64,000 bases of DNA from Phoronis australis. Lineage: Eukaryota; Animalia; Phoronida. The number at the start of each line of letters is the position of its first letter. Position 1 is the stretch's first letter. The notes under the pieces were generated by a model. That model saw only the letters and a list, made by a program, of their open reading frames with translations. It was not told the origin of the DNA and searched no databases. The DNA lies in contig NMRA01000195.1 in NCBI GenBank assembly GCA_002633005.1, positions 65,951 through 129,950 on the forward strand. Reading direction: 5' to 3'. The translations under genes were made by a program, and so were the position numbers. Below are positions 1 through 11,936 of this stretch, one piece after another.

Positions 1-67
<67 letters not shown>

Positions 68-78
68 TCTCTCTCTCT
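1..78. repeat. (CT)n microsatellite
   Basis: Direct reading. Confidence 0.95.
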
Positions 79-880
79 GCAGTGCTCATGGTGATAACGA
101 ATACGTTATTCCCCCGAAAACTCCTAACATATCCTTCGAGTCACTTACTTTCTTGTGATTTAAAACATGCTTCAGTCCTCTTGTCTTTCTCTGTTCACAT
201 GGAAATTGGTTTTTGTGTTTGGACATAATTGACAAATTTTAAATCCGTTATTCCACGTTCTGCATATACGTTCAATTGTAGTGGTATTGCTTGGTGTCAA
301 CCATCAGCGAATTATCGGCTGAATCCAAGCCTCGAAATAGCTTCTAATGAAATCGCTAACGATAAATAGTGTAATTCAACATTAAATTTTATGTCACATT
401 TAAGGGTATGTCATTAACATTAATAAAAACTACCAAACATCTGAGATTGTATAAGACTTGATCATGCTTCATTTGCGCATATCTTGAATCTGTTTCATCC
501 ACTGAATTACGGGCATCAGTCAGTACTTGTCAAAATCCGGAACCCCTGTAGTTGAGAAGTACATGTACATGTACACGTATCTGTGGATTTATCAAATATT
601 TGAATAAATTGTGGGCTGTACCTGTGTGTTTGTTTAAATAAATCATTTGACCGATACGGGTATGTCAACAAATCACCCAGGCGGACCTGTTGTCAAAAAT
701 AACACACGATCATGCCGTACTGAACATTGCATTCTTTCTTGATTTCATGGGGTCATGATATCAATGCGTCACCTTAATGGAAATGAGTTCATAACACGGT
801 TTTTGTTAACTAAGAAACAGATGCGTTTGACGAATGCTTTTAGTGAACAGGTTACTCCACTCAAAGAATTCTTACTTGAT
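61..880 (+). repeat. Duplicated ~0.8 kb segment, copy 1 (also at ~7620-8420; partial at ~31295-31460)
   Basis: Collinear shared blocks such as aaaactcctaacatatcct, gacttgatcatgcttcattt and gatgcgtttgacg; every copy follows a (CT)n tract. Confidence 0.85.
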
Positions 881-1500
881 TTAAATTATGATGCAATTTA
901 CTTGCATCAATCTAATTACTAATCAACAATAAATTTTCCCCCAGTAACCCAGGTTACCTGTACAGTATAATCAAATACGACCCCAATGCAGAGTATTGAA
1001 GGACAGGTTCCTCATAAAAGCTAATACCGTAAACCTGTTCCTTGCAGGAAACATGAAGTGTGTAAGCAGTGACCGTTTAGTCGTATCCGGAATATCACCT
1101 ACACAATGTACATTATAAACCTCGGCTCCATTATTATTGAGATGAGAAAAGATAGTTATTGCAACAGATGGAGTGGCAGGTGTGCAGAAAGTCATTTTGC
1201 GCAACTGCAGAACCAAGCCAATGTCTGCAGCGACAACCCGTACTGGTCAGCGCAAGTACCATAGGGTGTTACGCGACAGGTGACGAACGACGAGTTGACA
1301 GAGGAAACATGAGCATACACTGTAAGCATATAACCATTTCATTCGCAATCCTTTCCGTTCAATTTGATAATATTTCATCAAAAATGCTACGTGTATTTCA
1401 GCAACGATTTTAAGAAAAACTATAAATTAACAAAACATTAATTACTTGGAATTACGATCACGTGCTCAATGCTTGCTCACAATCATCACCATCTCATTAC

Positions 1501-1850
1501 ATACACAATTGTGCACTACATATTACAATTGTGCACTACATATTACAATTGTGCACTACATATTACAATTGTGCACTACATATTACAATTGTGCACTACA
1601 TATTGCAATTGTGCGCTACATATTATAATTGTGCACTACATATTACAATTGTGCACTACATATTACAATTGTGCAATACATATTACAATTGTGCACTACA
1701 TATTACAATTGTGCACTACATATTACAATTGTGCACTACATATTGCAATTGTGCACTACATATTATAATTGTGCACTACATATTACAATTGTGCACTACA
1801 TATTACAATTGTGCAATACATATTACAATTGTGCACTACATATTACAATT
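1501..1850. repeat. 20-bp minisatellite TATTACAATTGTGCACTACA x~17.5
   Basis: Direct reading; head-to-tail units with no spacers. Confidence 0.97.
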
Positions 1851-2247
1851 CTCTAAGGTGTTAACCATTAAATCGTCTATGCCGAAAAGGCAAAAACAAA
1901 TAAGCAAAAGACAGCATTTCACTTTAAATGACCTAAACGCGCAGTTCAAATCTACATCAGTTGTGCTCGTGAGATGGTCAGTTTGCATTTAATGTCTCCA
2001 CAACATAATCGACAAACAAGAAGGTCTCAAAACACCAAAGGGGTGGACTAAATGAAAGAAAAATGGACTAGACTTCCCTTCGCATGTAACCCAATAGCCA
2101 ATTCTGGTTTCTGATTCAGAACCACCCTTAAATGACAAAGTGACAAGAAATTAAAAGGAAACGAATTAAAGCCGACTACCATTCTATGGCCGGTTTAATA
2201 AGAAACACGGAGTTAATCAACAAGTCTGCATTCGTGTTCGGATTTTG

Positions 2248-2855
2248 CTAATGCGTGATTATTTTGATGAGTACTGTCACTACATAGTTTCTAGCTTCTT
2301 CAGTTGATGTCATAAGTTCCTGATTTTCCTCCGGGTCTTTATTCCGTTCACCATCTTCATTTTGGAAACGGTCGCCGTGACGGAATGCGAGAACTTGAAG
2401 CAACGTCACCGACAGTCCTCCTAGGCTAGAAAGCCAAAGGCACAAATACAGTAAAGAAATTTTGCTAACGTGTTCTAGAAGATATCCGATGAAGTTATCC
2501 ACGCCAAGGTCCGACATGCATGTTAGAAATGACACCCATTCTATCAGTGGCAAGGTGAGGGTGATTAAGCGTTTGACCAACCGAAGAAAAGAACTTTAGT
2601 GCGCAGACATAGATCCAGAAAGTCACTAGGCTGGTTATACCGAACGAAAGAAATCCAAAGGATACTATACATGAGATCCTATCACTTAAGTAAACATAAC
2701 TACTGGTATTGGCACGAACAAGATCAACGCAGTGAAAGCAAAACGCGAAGCCAAGCTCACGAGAAGTCCTACAGATATCAGGCATGCAGCATCGTCTTTC
2801 AAGAAGATGTCGGTTGCAAAAGAGAATCCCCACAATCCAAATAAACCACCAAGTC
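2248..2855 (-). pseudogene. Pseudogene copy C of MFS gene A (3' half of exon 4 only)
   Basis: Highly similar to 31783-32447 (e.g. WVSFLTCMSDLGVDN, QVLAFRHGDRFQNEDGERN). It has a frameshifting deletion near 2580, and a ~565-bp deletion joins exon 4 directly to intron-3 sequence (2856-3887, matching ~33013-34027). Exons 1-3 are absent. Confidence 0.85.
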
Positions 2856-3887
2856 GTTATTGGGTTTACAATGTGATCTAAATACTTGTACCATGCGACA
2901 ACGATATGGCTCCGACACATGTTTACTGTATTGATTAATTCATCTATTTAATATCTTTCATCTAAAATAACAGGAAATTTACAGTTCAGGTGGATTGTAT
3001 TTTGGATAACGTTTTTAAAATTGACCTAATTGATGACTCACGGCACCGGTTTTTATACTGTCGTTATAAATGTACTGAATATCAAACCGTTTCTTAGAAT
3101 TTCTACAATTGCCTCTTTCACATGTAGTCAAAATCAGAGTAGTTATTGTCATTTTGTTGTTGGTGCACTCTTAAAGTCAGTGTGCGCATTGTGCAAGCCC
3201 AAATTATCACCACATCACAAATTTTTACAGCTTAAAAATGTGAAAATTTGGACCCGCGCTGCAGGCCCAAATGGTCACAAATTGCTAAAATTTTTCCAAG
3301 CAGCTTTTGCTTGTGACAGATTGGCCCTGTAGATTAGTACAGGCCCTAATATTCAGAATTTTGATGTGACTATTTGGGACATTGTGGCAAATTAGCCCTC
3401 AACAGCGTTTACTTAAATAACGCTCTTTAAGATGAAGTACCCCTAAAATTGCGCTTACCCTATTTCGATCTTTTTTTAGGAAACGCGATGTGTGTTAAAA
3501 TAAACATGAAATAAAGTGTAGCGAATGTGTATATTTACATGTTTGTGCACACGACAAAACTGGAGGTACTAAAACCAGAAGGAACGCTTAGCCAACACCA
3601 GAAAATCAACAGCTATTTCTTGTTTCATGAAAAACTATTTACGAAACAAGACAGAAATTTGACATTATATTCCCAGTTCGCATTTAAAAATAAAACTTTT
3701 ACTCATATCATTATTAACTCAACACTACCTCGAAATAATCTGTTCAAATTTCTTTAGCAATTAAAAATCATGAGAGTAATCTGACAGGCCCGAAACCTGC
3801 CTTGCGTAGGGGGTGGGTTGACATTATAGGATGATGGACCTTTGATATTTTGCAGACGTCGACACTGTAGAGTTTTCGGTAAGGCCT

Positions 3888-5329
3888 TTATGCAGAATGA
3901 ATGCCGCTATGTTGCGGTACCTCGTTCCCGCTTGTCCGAACTATGAAGCTGTGAAGAAAGCGGGTATATCGTTTTTTCGACTTCCTCGAGAGCACGAAAT
4001 GTTTAGGAAGTGGCTCGTCGTAGCGAAGAACAAAAGGTACGCTGTTCATAGAAAGTATGAGGCAGTGAAACATCTCCATGTCTGTGGACGGGTTTCCGTC
4101 GACGAATTCCGGCTTAGCAAAGAACTATCCATATACTTTCCGTTGCCTGTGCATGTTCACGGAGCCTATCTAGTATTTCTTGATCAGTGTATTCCGGTTC
4201 GAATTGATAGCCTGTGAAACCTAACGATCCGACACGTGAAGTCTTCGACGGATGAGCTCTTAGTGACTAGGTCGGGATTGAGGCCGGGCGAGTTGCCATG
4301 TAGACTTTATTCTTCTGCGTTCTGATTCAAAATGAATTATTCTCATCCTAACCAATGCTTACATAAAAATGAAACAAAGTTTGTCTCATTAGATACAATT
4401 TGTAATGCCTTTGCAGTATTCGTGAGTGCAAATGTTGAGAAGCCAGCGATGGCCACTGCGATACCGGCTTTTGATGCCGGCAATAAAGGTAATTGACCGT
4501 GTGAGCGCATGCTAATTCAATATTTGCTGACAGAAACAAAGCTGTTGTGAAAAAATTACTCGATTTTACATGCTATGGTCGCATGTCAGGGGAATCTTTA
4601 TTAAGAAATACAAACACATTATTCAAATCATTGATACTGTACGACCTTTGCCCTGACGGTCTGAGGAAGCGGAACCCGAATTTGCGGCAGCCGAAAAGTA
4701 AGTAGATTTTCAGTTTTGTGGCTAATTCACATAAATAATTACGTGCACATTATTTCCTTGGTTCACTATTATTGTCTTTTCGTGATTGGAGGTTTAGTTT
4801 CCAACTCAAGCTGGTTTATGTTCTTGCCAGTCCCGGCGGCCGCGACGGGCCTGATAGGCGAGCCACTGGCCGGGATAACGAGATCAGTCCCGCCGCGACG
4901 GATAAGCGTTCTTTGTGTTTAGAACTCAAAAATCACAAGTCTAAACAACACAAATCTAGGTTTTTCTGTCTGTATTTTACGAAATAATACTTCGAATTTA
5001 TCTCCGAAGAGACTCCAAGCTCCTGCTACGGAAACAGCGAAATAAAACAACACGTTTTTATAGGAGTTCGTGTGTTTTTTATGGGATTTACATCGAAGTT
5101 TGATGGTTTATTGGTGTTAAACGATGAATTCAAGAGATAACCTGACATCAGTAACCGGTGTTTTGAACTACTGAACAGACTGCGCGTGAAACCAATAACG
5201 TCATTGGATAATTTGAACACCTCTGCTGGCCGTCAGGTGTCAGGTAACGCAACCGAACGTGGCGTTATCGACTAGAACTACTCGATCTAAATTAATACAA
5301 AATAGTTTGTTTTTGGGTGGCATTCTCCT
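3888..5329 (+). mobile_element. Kolobok-like non-autonomous DNA transposon, family 1, copy 1 (left end truncated)
   Basis: Degenerate THAP domain (LVPACPN..GISFFRLP..RKW..LHVC) at 3897-4090; right terminus GGGTGGCATTCTCCT followed by TTAA (5330-5333); homologous to 24549-26119 and 60431-62321. Confidence 0.75.
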
Positions 5330-6770
5330 TTAAGAGCATGTTCGCGAATGGACCAGGCAGAGGGTGATAAACGCTATGTCACAGATTCTCTTATTATTTT
5401 GTCTGTGAGATGATACTGGCCCCACTGACTCCAGACAACATTTATATTTTTTTCAAAACGCCCCCTTTTGGTTTCCATGGATACTATTTGCTTCCGACAA
5501 GTTTTCAGCCTGGCGGCAGTTAAGTTTTAGTAAAATTCGGACAGTTACGTGACGCAGTGGAAGTAACGTTGAAATATTGAACCTGTGTTATTGATCAGGA
5601 GTGACCTTCGACTACTTTATTCATGAAAATATAAAAGATTTCGATAATTTTTTGTCTGTTTTTAGAGCCGCATAAGATGAGTACTTTTTGTGATTTTTGA
5701 AACTGTCAAAATTGGCTAAATTCTTATCCCGATATCTCAGCTGGTACAGGTTGCAGAACATTTTAGTGCCAACCAGTGTGTTGAGCTACTTTAGGTCAAC
5801 AAAATAAGACAATAAAATTCCTGGCGCAAACGGATTTCATGTCATTTGAAGTCAAAAATGACTGGTGGTTACGCCATTTCACTACAATGAGTAATTCCGA
5901 CAAACGTCAACAAAAAGGGAACATTTGTTAATAGTTGGCCAGCAAACGGCGAATCAATTTACCATTCATCAAATTTCGTATTTTCTAGGCACCGAGGGTA
6001 CATTAATTTATTTCTAAAAAGTGCTCCTAGTCATGGAATTAGGATACCTACTACGCAAATAGCAGTAGTTTTGGCAGGACACCTTTTGCGAGAGTCGAAA
6101 TTCAAATCTCACTGGTTTTACAAAGCTCAGTAATCTTATTTGCACCGCTAAAAACAAAAAAAAACGCCGATAAATAATTTTCATAACATTTTCCTTCAAA
6201 AATCGTGTTGCCCTCTCCCCACTTGCGATGTTCCAAATCTTACAGTGTTGTATGAACAAGATCATTTATTTATGGTTTTATCTGTGACTGTCCTGTTTAC
6301 AAAGATGCTTACTGTGGGTTAGCTGTGGAGTGTGTCTGAACAAACATTTCTTTAGGAATCTTCAAGTGGTTTTGATGCAGGGCGTTGAAAGCTGAGGACA
6401 GTGTCAAGGTGAAATATTCATTGGCAATTACAGGCAAATGCAAAACAACTGGTCAGAGTCATTCCGTGAACGTTATATAGCCGCCAATGTCACAATAACT
6501 TCACTTTTGAAGTGGTATGGCTGGCTGATGTTATCACTTGACACAAGTGAAAAATGGGAGACTTTCGAGTAGCAATGGGGGCTGACAACATGGAACCAGC
6601 TACCAGTGAGAAGATATTTCACCTGAGCAGTGGGAGGCACAGAGGAACGTACTTGAATAAGTGTGTGTGACTAGTTGTGAGAAGTCTAAAGAGTGAATTC
6701 ATATTACTTCCCAGTCCTCCAGAGGGCAAACGTACATGTATCCTGTTCCAGGTGATCAGCTGTTACTTGA

Positions 6771-7534
6771 NNNNNNNNNNNNNNNNNNNNNNNNNNNNNN
6801 NNNNNNNNNNNNNNNNNNNNNNNNNNNNNNNNNNNNNNNNNNNNNNNNNNNNNNNNNNNNNNNNNNNNNNNNNNNNNNNNNNNNNNNNNNNNNNNNNNNN
6901 NNNNNNNNNNNNNNNNNNNNNNNNNNNNNNNNNNNNNNNNNNNNNNNNNNNNNNNNNNNNNNNNNNNNNNNNNNNNNNNNNNNNNNNNNNNNNNNNNNNN
7001 NNNNNNNNNNNNNNNNNNNNNNNNNNNNNNNNNNNNNNNNNNNNNNNNNNNNNNNNNNNNNNNNNNNNNNNNNNNNNNNNNNNNNNNNNNNNNNNNNNNN
7101 NNNNNNNNNNNNNNNNNNNNNNNNNNNNNNNNNNNNNNNNNNNNNNNNNNNNNNNNNNNNNNNNNNNNNNNNNNNNNNNNNNNNNNNNNNNNNNNNNNNN
7201 NNNNNNNNNNNNNNNNNNNNNNNNNNNNNNNNNNNNNNNNNNNNNNNNNNNNNNNNNNNNNNNNNNNNNNNNNNNNNNNNNNNNNNNNNNNNNNNNNNNN
7301 NNNNNNNNNNNNNNNNNNNNNNNNNNNNNNNNNNNNNNNNNNNNNNNNNNNNNNNNNNNNNNNNNNNNNNNNNNNNNNNNNNNNNNNNNNNNNNNNNNNN
7401 NNNNNNNNNNNNNNNNNNNNNNNNNNNNNNNNNNNNNNNNNNNNNNNNNNNNNNNNNNNNNNNNNNNNNNNNNNNNNNNNNNNNNNNNNNNNNNNNNNNN
7501 NNNNNNNNNNNNNNNNNNNNNNNNNNNNNNNNNN
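6771..7534. other. Assembly gap (N run)
   Basis: 764 N bases. Confidence 1.
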
Positions 7535-8420
7535 CTCTCTCTCTCTCTCTCTCTCTCTCTCGCTCTCAATTTCACTCTGATTATTTTTCTCACTCTCACT
7601 CTCTCTCTCTCTCTCTGTTTCTCTCTCCCTCTTTCTCTGGACTCCCCATGTTTACAACGAATACTTTAATCTCCTCAAAACTCCTAACATATCCTCTGTG
7701 TTACTCACGTGTGAATTAAAACAAGCCTCTGTCCTCTTATCTTTCTCTATTAACTTAGAAAGAGTTTTGGTGTTTGGACGTAATTGATCAATTTTAAATC
7801 GGTTATTCCATGCAACGCAAATACGTTAAAATGTAGTGACAATGCCTGGTGTCAATCATCAACGAATTATCGGTTCACCCAAGCCTCAAAATATCTTCTA
7901 ATGAAATTGCAATTGATAAATCGTCTAATTCATAATGTAAAATTGATATCACGTTGACGGGGTATGTGATTAACACTTTTAAATACAACCAAACCTCTGA
8001 TATTGTGTAGGACTTGATCATGCTTCATTTCCGCGTTTATTGAATTTGTTTCCTCCGCTTAATTACGGGTATAATTCAGTACCTTTCGTAATCCACAACC
8101 CCTGTATTAGAGATTTGTCAGTGGCTTTATTAATTTTTTGACAAAATTATTGCCTGTACCAGTTTGTTTGTTTAAATAAATTATTAGACCGATACGGATA
8201 TGTCAAGAAATCACCCAGGCTGATTTGCTGTCAAAAATAATAAACGATCATGTCCTAACGAATATTGCATCCGTTCTCGATTCCATCCATGGCTCTTAGA
8301 ATGATGAAAAAATTAGTTCATGACACTGTTTTTGTTAGCCAAGAAACGGATGCGTTTGACGCATGATTTTAGTGTACGCGTTACTCCACTGAAGAAGATT
8401 TCTCACTTGATTTAACTGGG
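7535..8420 (+). repeat. (CT)n tract plus duplicated segment, copy 2 of 1-880
   Basis: Collinear with 1-880, with scattered substitutions and indels. Confidence 0.85.
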
Positions 8421-8489
8421 GAGTCTTTGAGAACCAAAGATTATATGTCCAAACCGCCATATGCTGTTAACTACAGACCTTTCATCCAA

Positions 8490-9102
8490 GCACGCACTTC
8501 CAGTATCCAAGTTGAAAGGTGTACGTTTACAGCCTCAGAAATGCAAACGATGTTGACCACTCAATCCCAGAAATAAGTAAACTGAAAAACTTTCATTTGA
8601 AGGTAAGTTGCGAAACAATTCAATGTATGGGCTGTATGCAATTACATAAACTATTTTGACTGTTTATGGTTTTTTTCAGGGATATCACAGTGACCGTGAT
8701 TAGTCATACAATCTGAGAACCAGTTTCAGGGCTGTACGTGGTCTAAAACAAAAGTTAAATTTTCGATGGAAGGCCTGTTGGGTTAATGGCGAATTATGAG
8801 TTGAGTATTCTTTCCTATAGCTGGTATTTAAAAAAAAAGTAACTTGTATTCTAATACTTACTACTAAGTAACCTAATTCAAAAGGAAAATTGGTTGTTTG
8901 GAAGGCATATGGGGTGATTTTGGAGACCCCTGCTTCGGAATGCAAACCAGTGGATCTAGTAGTTGAGGAATGTACTGCTGCATCCCGATTGAGACCTTTC
9001 ACCAATTTCACCAATCGAAAGACAAAGATGTTCCTTTGTCCAGATGATGTCTGTAACAGCATTTTGGAAAGACATGAAAAGATTGGCGAATCTAGGATAT
9101 AA
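8490..9102 (+). mobile_element. Possible decayed DNA-transposon (Sola-type?) transposase fragment
   Basis: Broken frames RCTFT-PQ-CK-CD, LVVWKAYGV and MFLCPDDVC..LERH in the order I recall for invertebrate RxDFSxPQxGKxxCD / VWxAY / FxCPxxxC proteins; apparent 77-nt GT-AG intron at 8603-8679. Family assignment is from memory only. Confidence 0.3.
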
Positions 9103-9537
9103 GTCTCGTACTAGACAATCGTGCGTACAACGCGACTGCATGATAGTGAAGGCTCGTAGCTACGAAGAATAGAGAGTGGTCGGGAGGGCGTTTCCTCCTT
9201 CCGCCCAAGGGGAAATTTTGTTTTCGCACCATGATTTCTGAAGTATAAACAACTGTTTCCTTGGCCAGATCGATATTTGCGACTAGCGCGACTAAATCTC
9301 ACGATCCAGATCACATTCTGGAATCCGACGTCACTGCACGGGAACTTTTCGACTCGATACGTTGCCATAAAAATACTCTTGATTCTAGGCTTTTAGATAC
9401 CTTACGATGGCAAACAGTTTATGTGGTCTTGACGCATACTCATGACTAATTCAAATACTCTAACACTATGTGCGTATTAACCTCAACTCTTGGAAGAAGA
9501 ATTTTTTAAATAAAACAATTAACAATTCTTGTTTTAA

Positions 9538-10612
9538 AGAGTTCCCACTATGAATTTTCTTAGTTTATGACGTTTCAATTAGCTAATATGAAACGAACAC
9601 CATGAAATCTAGATAAATAACCACTTTGATGCCAAAAAGCTGCGACTTTTTCAATCTAAAGAAAAAAATAGTTATTGCTAAGTTTCCTGTAAACTGATGC
9701 ATTAGGTGGAAGACGGTTGGTCACTTGACAATCCATGGCAATGTAGGAACACAGCAGGTCAGAAGACGAGGATGAGTTTGAGTAATTATTATGGAGACAG
9801 AGGGGAGTGGATACGGGCATCACACTCAAGTACATGTACATATCTTTGAATAATCAGACAATGACTTCCATTTCCCATTTAGCGAACTTTCGTCGGCTTT
9901 GAGGCCGTATCAACTCGATCCATTTGCGCGAGAAATGCTGCAGACATATGTGAGTCGCTACCAACTGAACAATGGTTTGTCAGTATTCACAAAATAAACA
10001 CTTTTAAGGATTATTAAACTAATAAGCACAGTGAACGTCGGTTACTCGTGTTCACTATTCTGATGATGGAATGAGGACAGTCTAAACACAATGCATAAAC
10101 ATAGTTGTAGTAGCGGTCCATCTGTGAGCCGGGGTCGCGTGCCAGGCATCACTCGCCCTAGATTGCGAGCAGTTTGTTCGTTATTTTTAAAATTTGCAAG
10201 TGCACTTACAAGGTGGCGATTTCTTCATTGGAATGCCGCTTTGGTGTGTGCGGTATGAACACGATTCTTTGAAATGTGCTGAAAGAAGTGTGGCTTCCGA
10301 CGGAGTCGCACGTTCCACACTGACATTCCACTCTGTTGCGGCGCACAGACCGATGCAATTTCTGTGCAACTTCCATGTACTAAGAAAAGTTGAACACAGA
10401 GACGTTCTCAGTTAACTTTTGTCACCACAGCTACCACAAACGCACGTTTTCTTGTCCGAAAAAGGCGGCTAACCGAGGACTTACCCCACAATTCTTCAGT
10501 ATCGCACTGTTAAAAACAACAACGGCGGAGACGGTCTTCCACCCAATGCGTTCAATCCCGATAAGTGGCGTAATGCATCAATCAGCCTACTCAAACATCA
10601 CAACTCACTTAC
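9538..10612 (+). mobile_element. Kolobok-like non-autonomous element, family 2, copy 1 (right end not identified)
   Basis: TTAA|AGAGTTCCCACTA start; homologous to 22569-23700. Confidence 0.6.
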
Positions 10613-10879
10613 TTAAAGACATAGTTTCACACCAAAACAACTGCTTTTCAACTCAAAGAATAGCGTTGCAGGAGCCCGTTACTTGGGCTAGTTACTGTCC
10701 GCACAGCGTGATTAATTAGATAAGCCCAGCAGTAATGACCTTCTCCGACTTCAGCCGAGTCAATTCTGAAAACAGACTAGGCGGTTACATAAGCGTCTGC
10801 GATGTCGAGTCCGGAAGACAACTGTGTTCTAGGAATGAACTCGGCTGGTAAACCTCAGTCACACAAGGCAGAAACCAAC

Positions 10880-11122
10880 ATGGATTACGAAAGCTTTAGC
10901 GACGAGCCTTCCAACGACGAGGAAATTTTAAAAAATCTTTTGTGACGATGAAGCGTCGGACACAGACAATATGCACAACGACCATCGTGAGCGTGTTCTT
11001 GACAACATAAACGGGCCCTGCAGGTTCGAACCAGTGCCTGCAAGTGTCCCGGTCGCTTTGGATGAAGAGACAGCGGCGAATCCCGAAGACAATGACCGCA
11101 CAACTTCAGACGTTTTATCATG
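10880..11122 (+). pseudogene. KolX/P2X7-ballast-like N-terminal exon remnant
   Basis: Acidic leader MDYESFSDEPSNDEE, frameshift, then NGPCRFEP (11013-11033; cf. PYxFEP), an acidic linker and DRTTSDVLS-TG ending near a possible splice donor. Confidence 0.45.
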
Positions 11123-11740
11123 TTAGGTAAATGGAAAACAAAAACAATGCCGCGAGTTTGAATGCGAATATGTTTATTTTCGATTTATTTATAATACCCG
11201 ATACTTCAAGTTAAATAAAAAGCAATTTCAAACATCGGGACTGGTAGACGGATAAACTGCGATATGCAAGACTATTTGCCGTTTTGTCCTACGTTTCTTG
11301 ATTTGCGTAGGTTGAAAGCAAGGTGGGATAAGTTTTTTTGTAGGTTATGGATTGCAATTTGTATTTTATGACAAAAGCTTATTTTTGATTTTAGCTCTAT
11401 TTTAAGTAATTACTGAACAGAGAGGGGGTCGAAACCATTAAAAATCACCCGCACTCGAATTAATTTAATCCCCATAATGTTTATTTAATTGCAAAAATAC
11501 GACAGGTAAGTAGCATTCAACCAACTACACACAATTATGTTGCAAAAATCGTAATTCAAAAGAAAAGCGGCTTCCGACAGTGTCGTTCGATGTTATACGC
11601 CATTAGTAATGTTGTTCGCTTACTAGTGTGGCCCAAGGCCTACTAGTTTCCGCGAAGCGACAGCTACAGTTTTGAATATTATCTAAAATTTCACTTACCT
11701 TGGTTTCCAACCATACTGCGATTGCAGGCTGTCGACCTCG

Positions 11741-11936
11741 AAAACAGTCTGCAGAAAAATGTTTACTCCATATCACCGAATACGGCGACACTCCACTAAA
11801 TTTTCTCGTGGACCTCACGAAGTCTTCCCACCTGCGACGCAGTCTGGGGTTAGTGGGAAACCTATGTAATGACACCCCAGAGTGACCCAGACCCTGACAC
11901 ATTGTCACAGCCTCCAATCACACAACAGTCCGGCAT
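11741..11936 (-). pseudogene. THAP zinc-finger remnant (transposase N-terminus)
   Basis: MPDCCVIGGCDN, frameshift, then SGVSLHRFPTNPRLRRRWEDFVRSTRKFSGVSPYSVIWSKHFSADCF: THAP C2CH signature with the third Cys changed to Trp. Confidence 0.8.

Noticed and set aside
971-1413. Possible exon remnants (e.g. YCNRWSGRCAES on plus)
   Set aside because: Short, stop-interrupted and without a recognisable family motif.
1446-1992. Cys/His-rich ORFs (CTTYYNCALHITIVHYILQL repeats) or a CRISPR-like array
   Set aside because: These are translations of a 20-bp tandem repeat; there are no unique spacers and no cas genes.
3897-4217. Host THAP-domain gene
   Set aside because: The first Cys and the HF motif are lost, it lies within a multi-copy TIR element, and the sister copies are frameshifted.
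6677-7719. Long ORFs of 278-330 aa
   Set aside because: Artefacts of the N gap and CT microsatellite.
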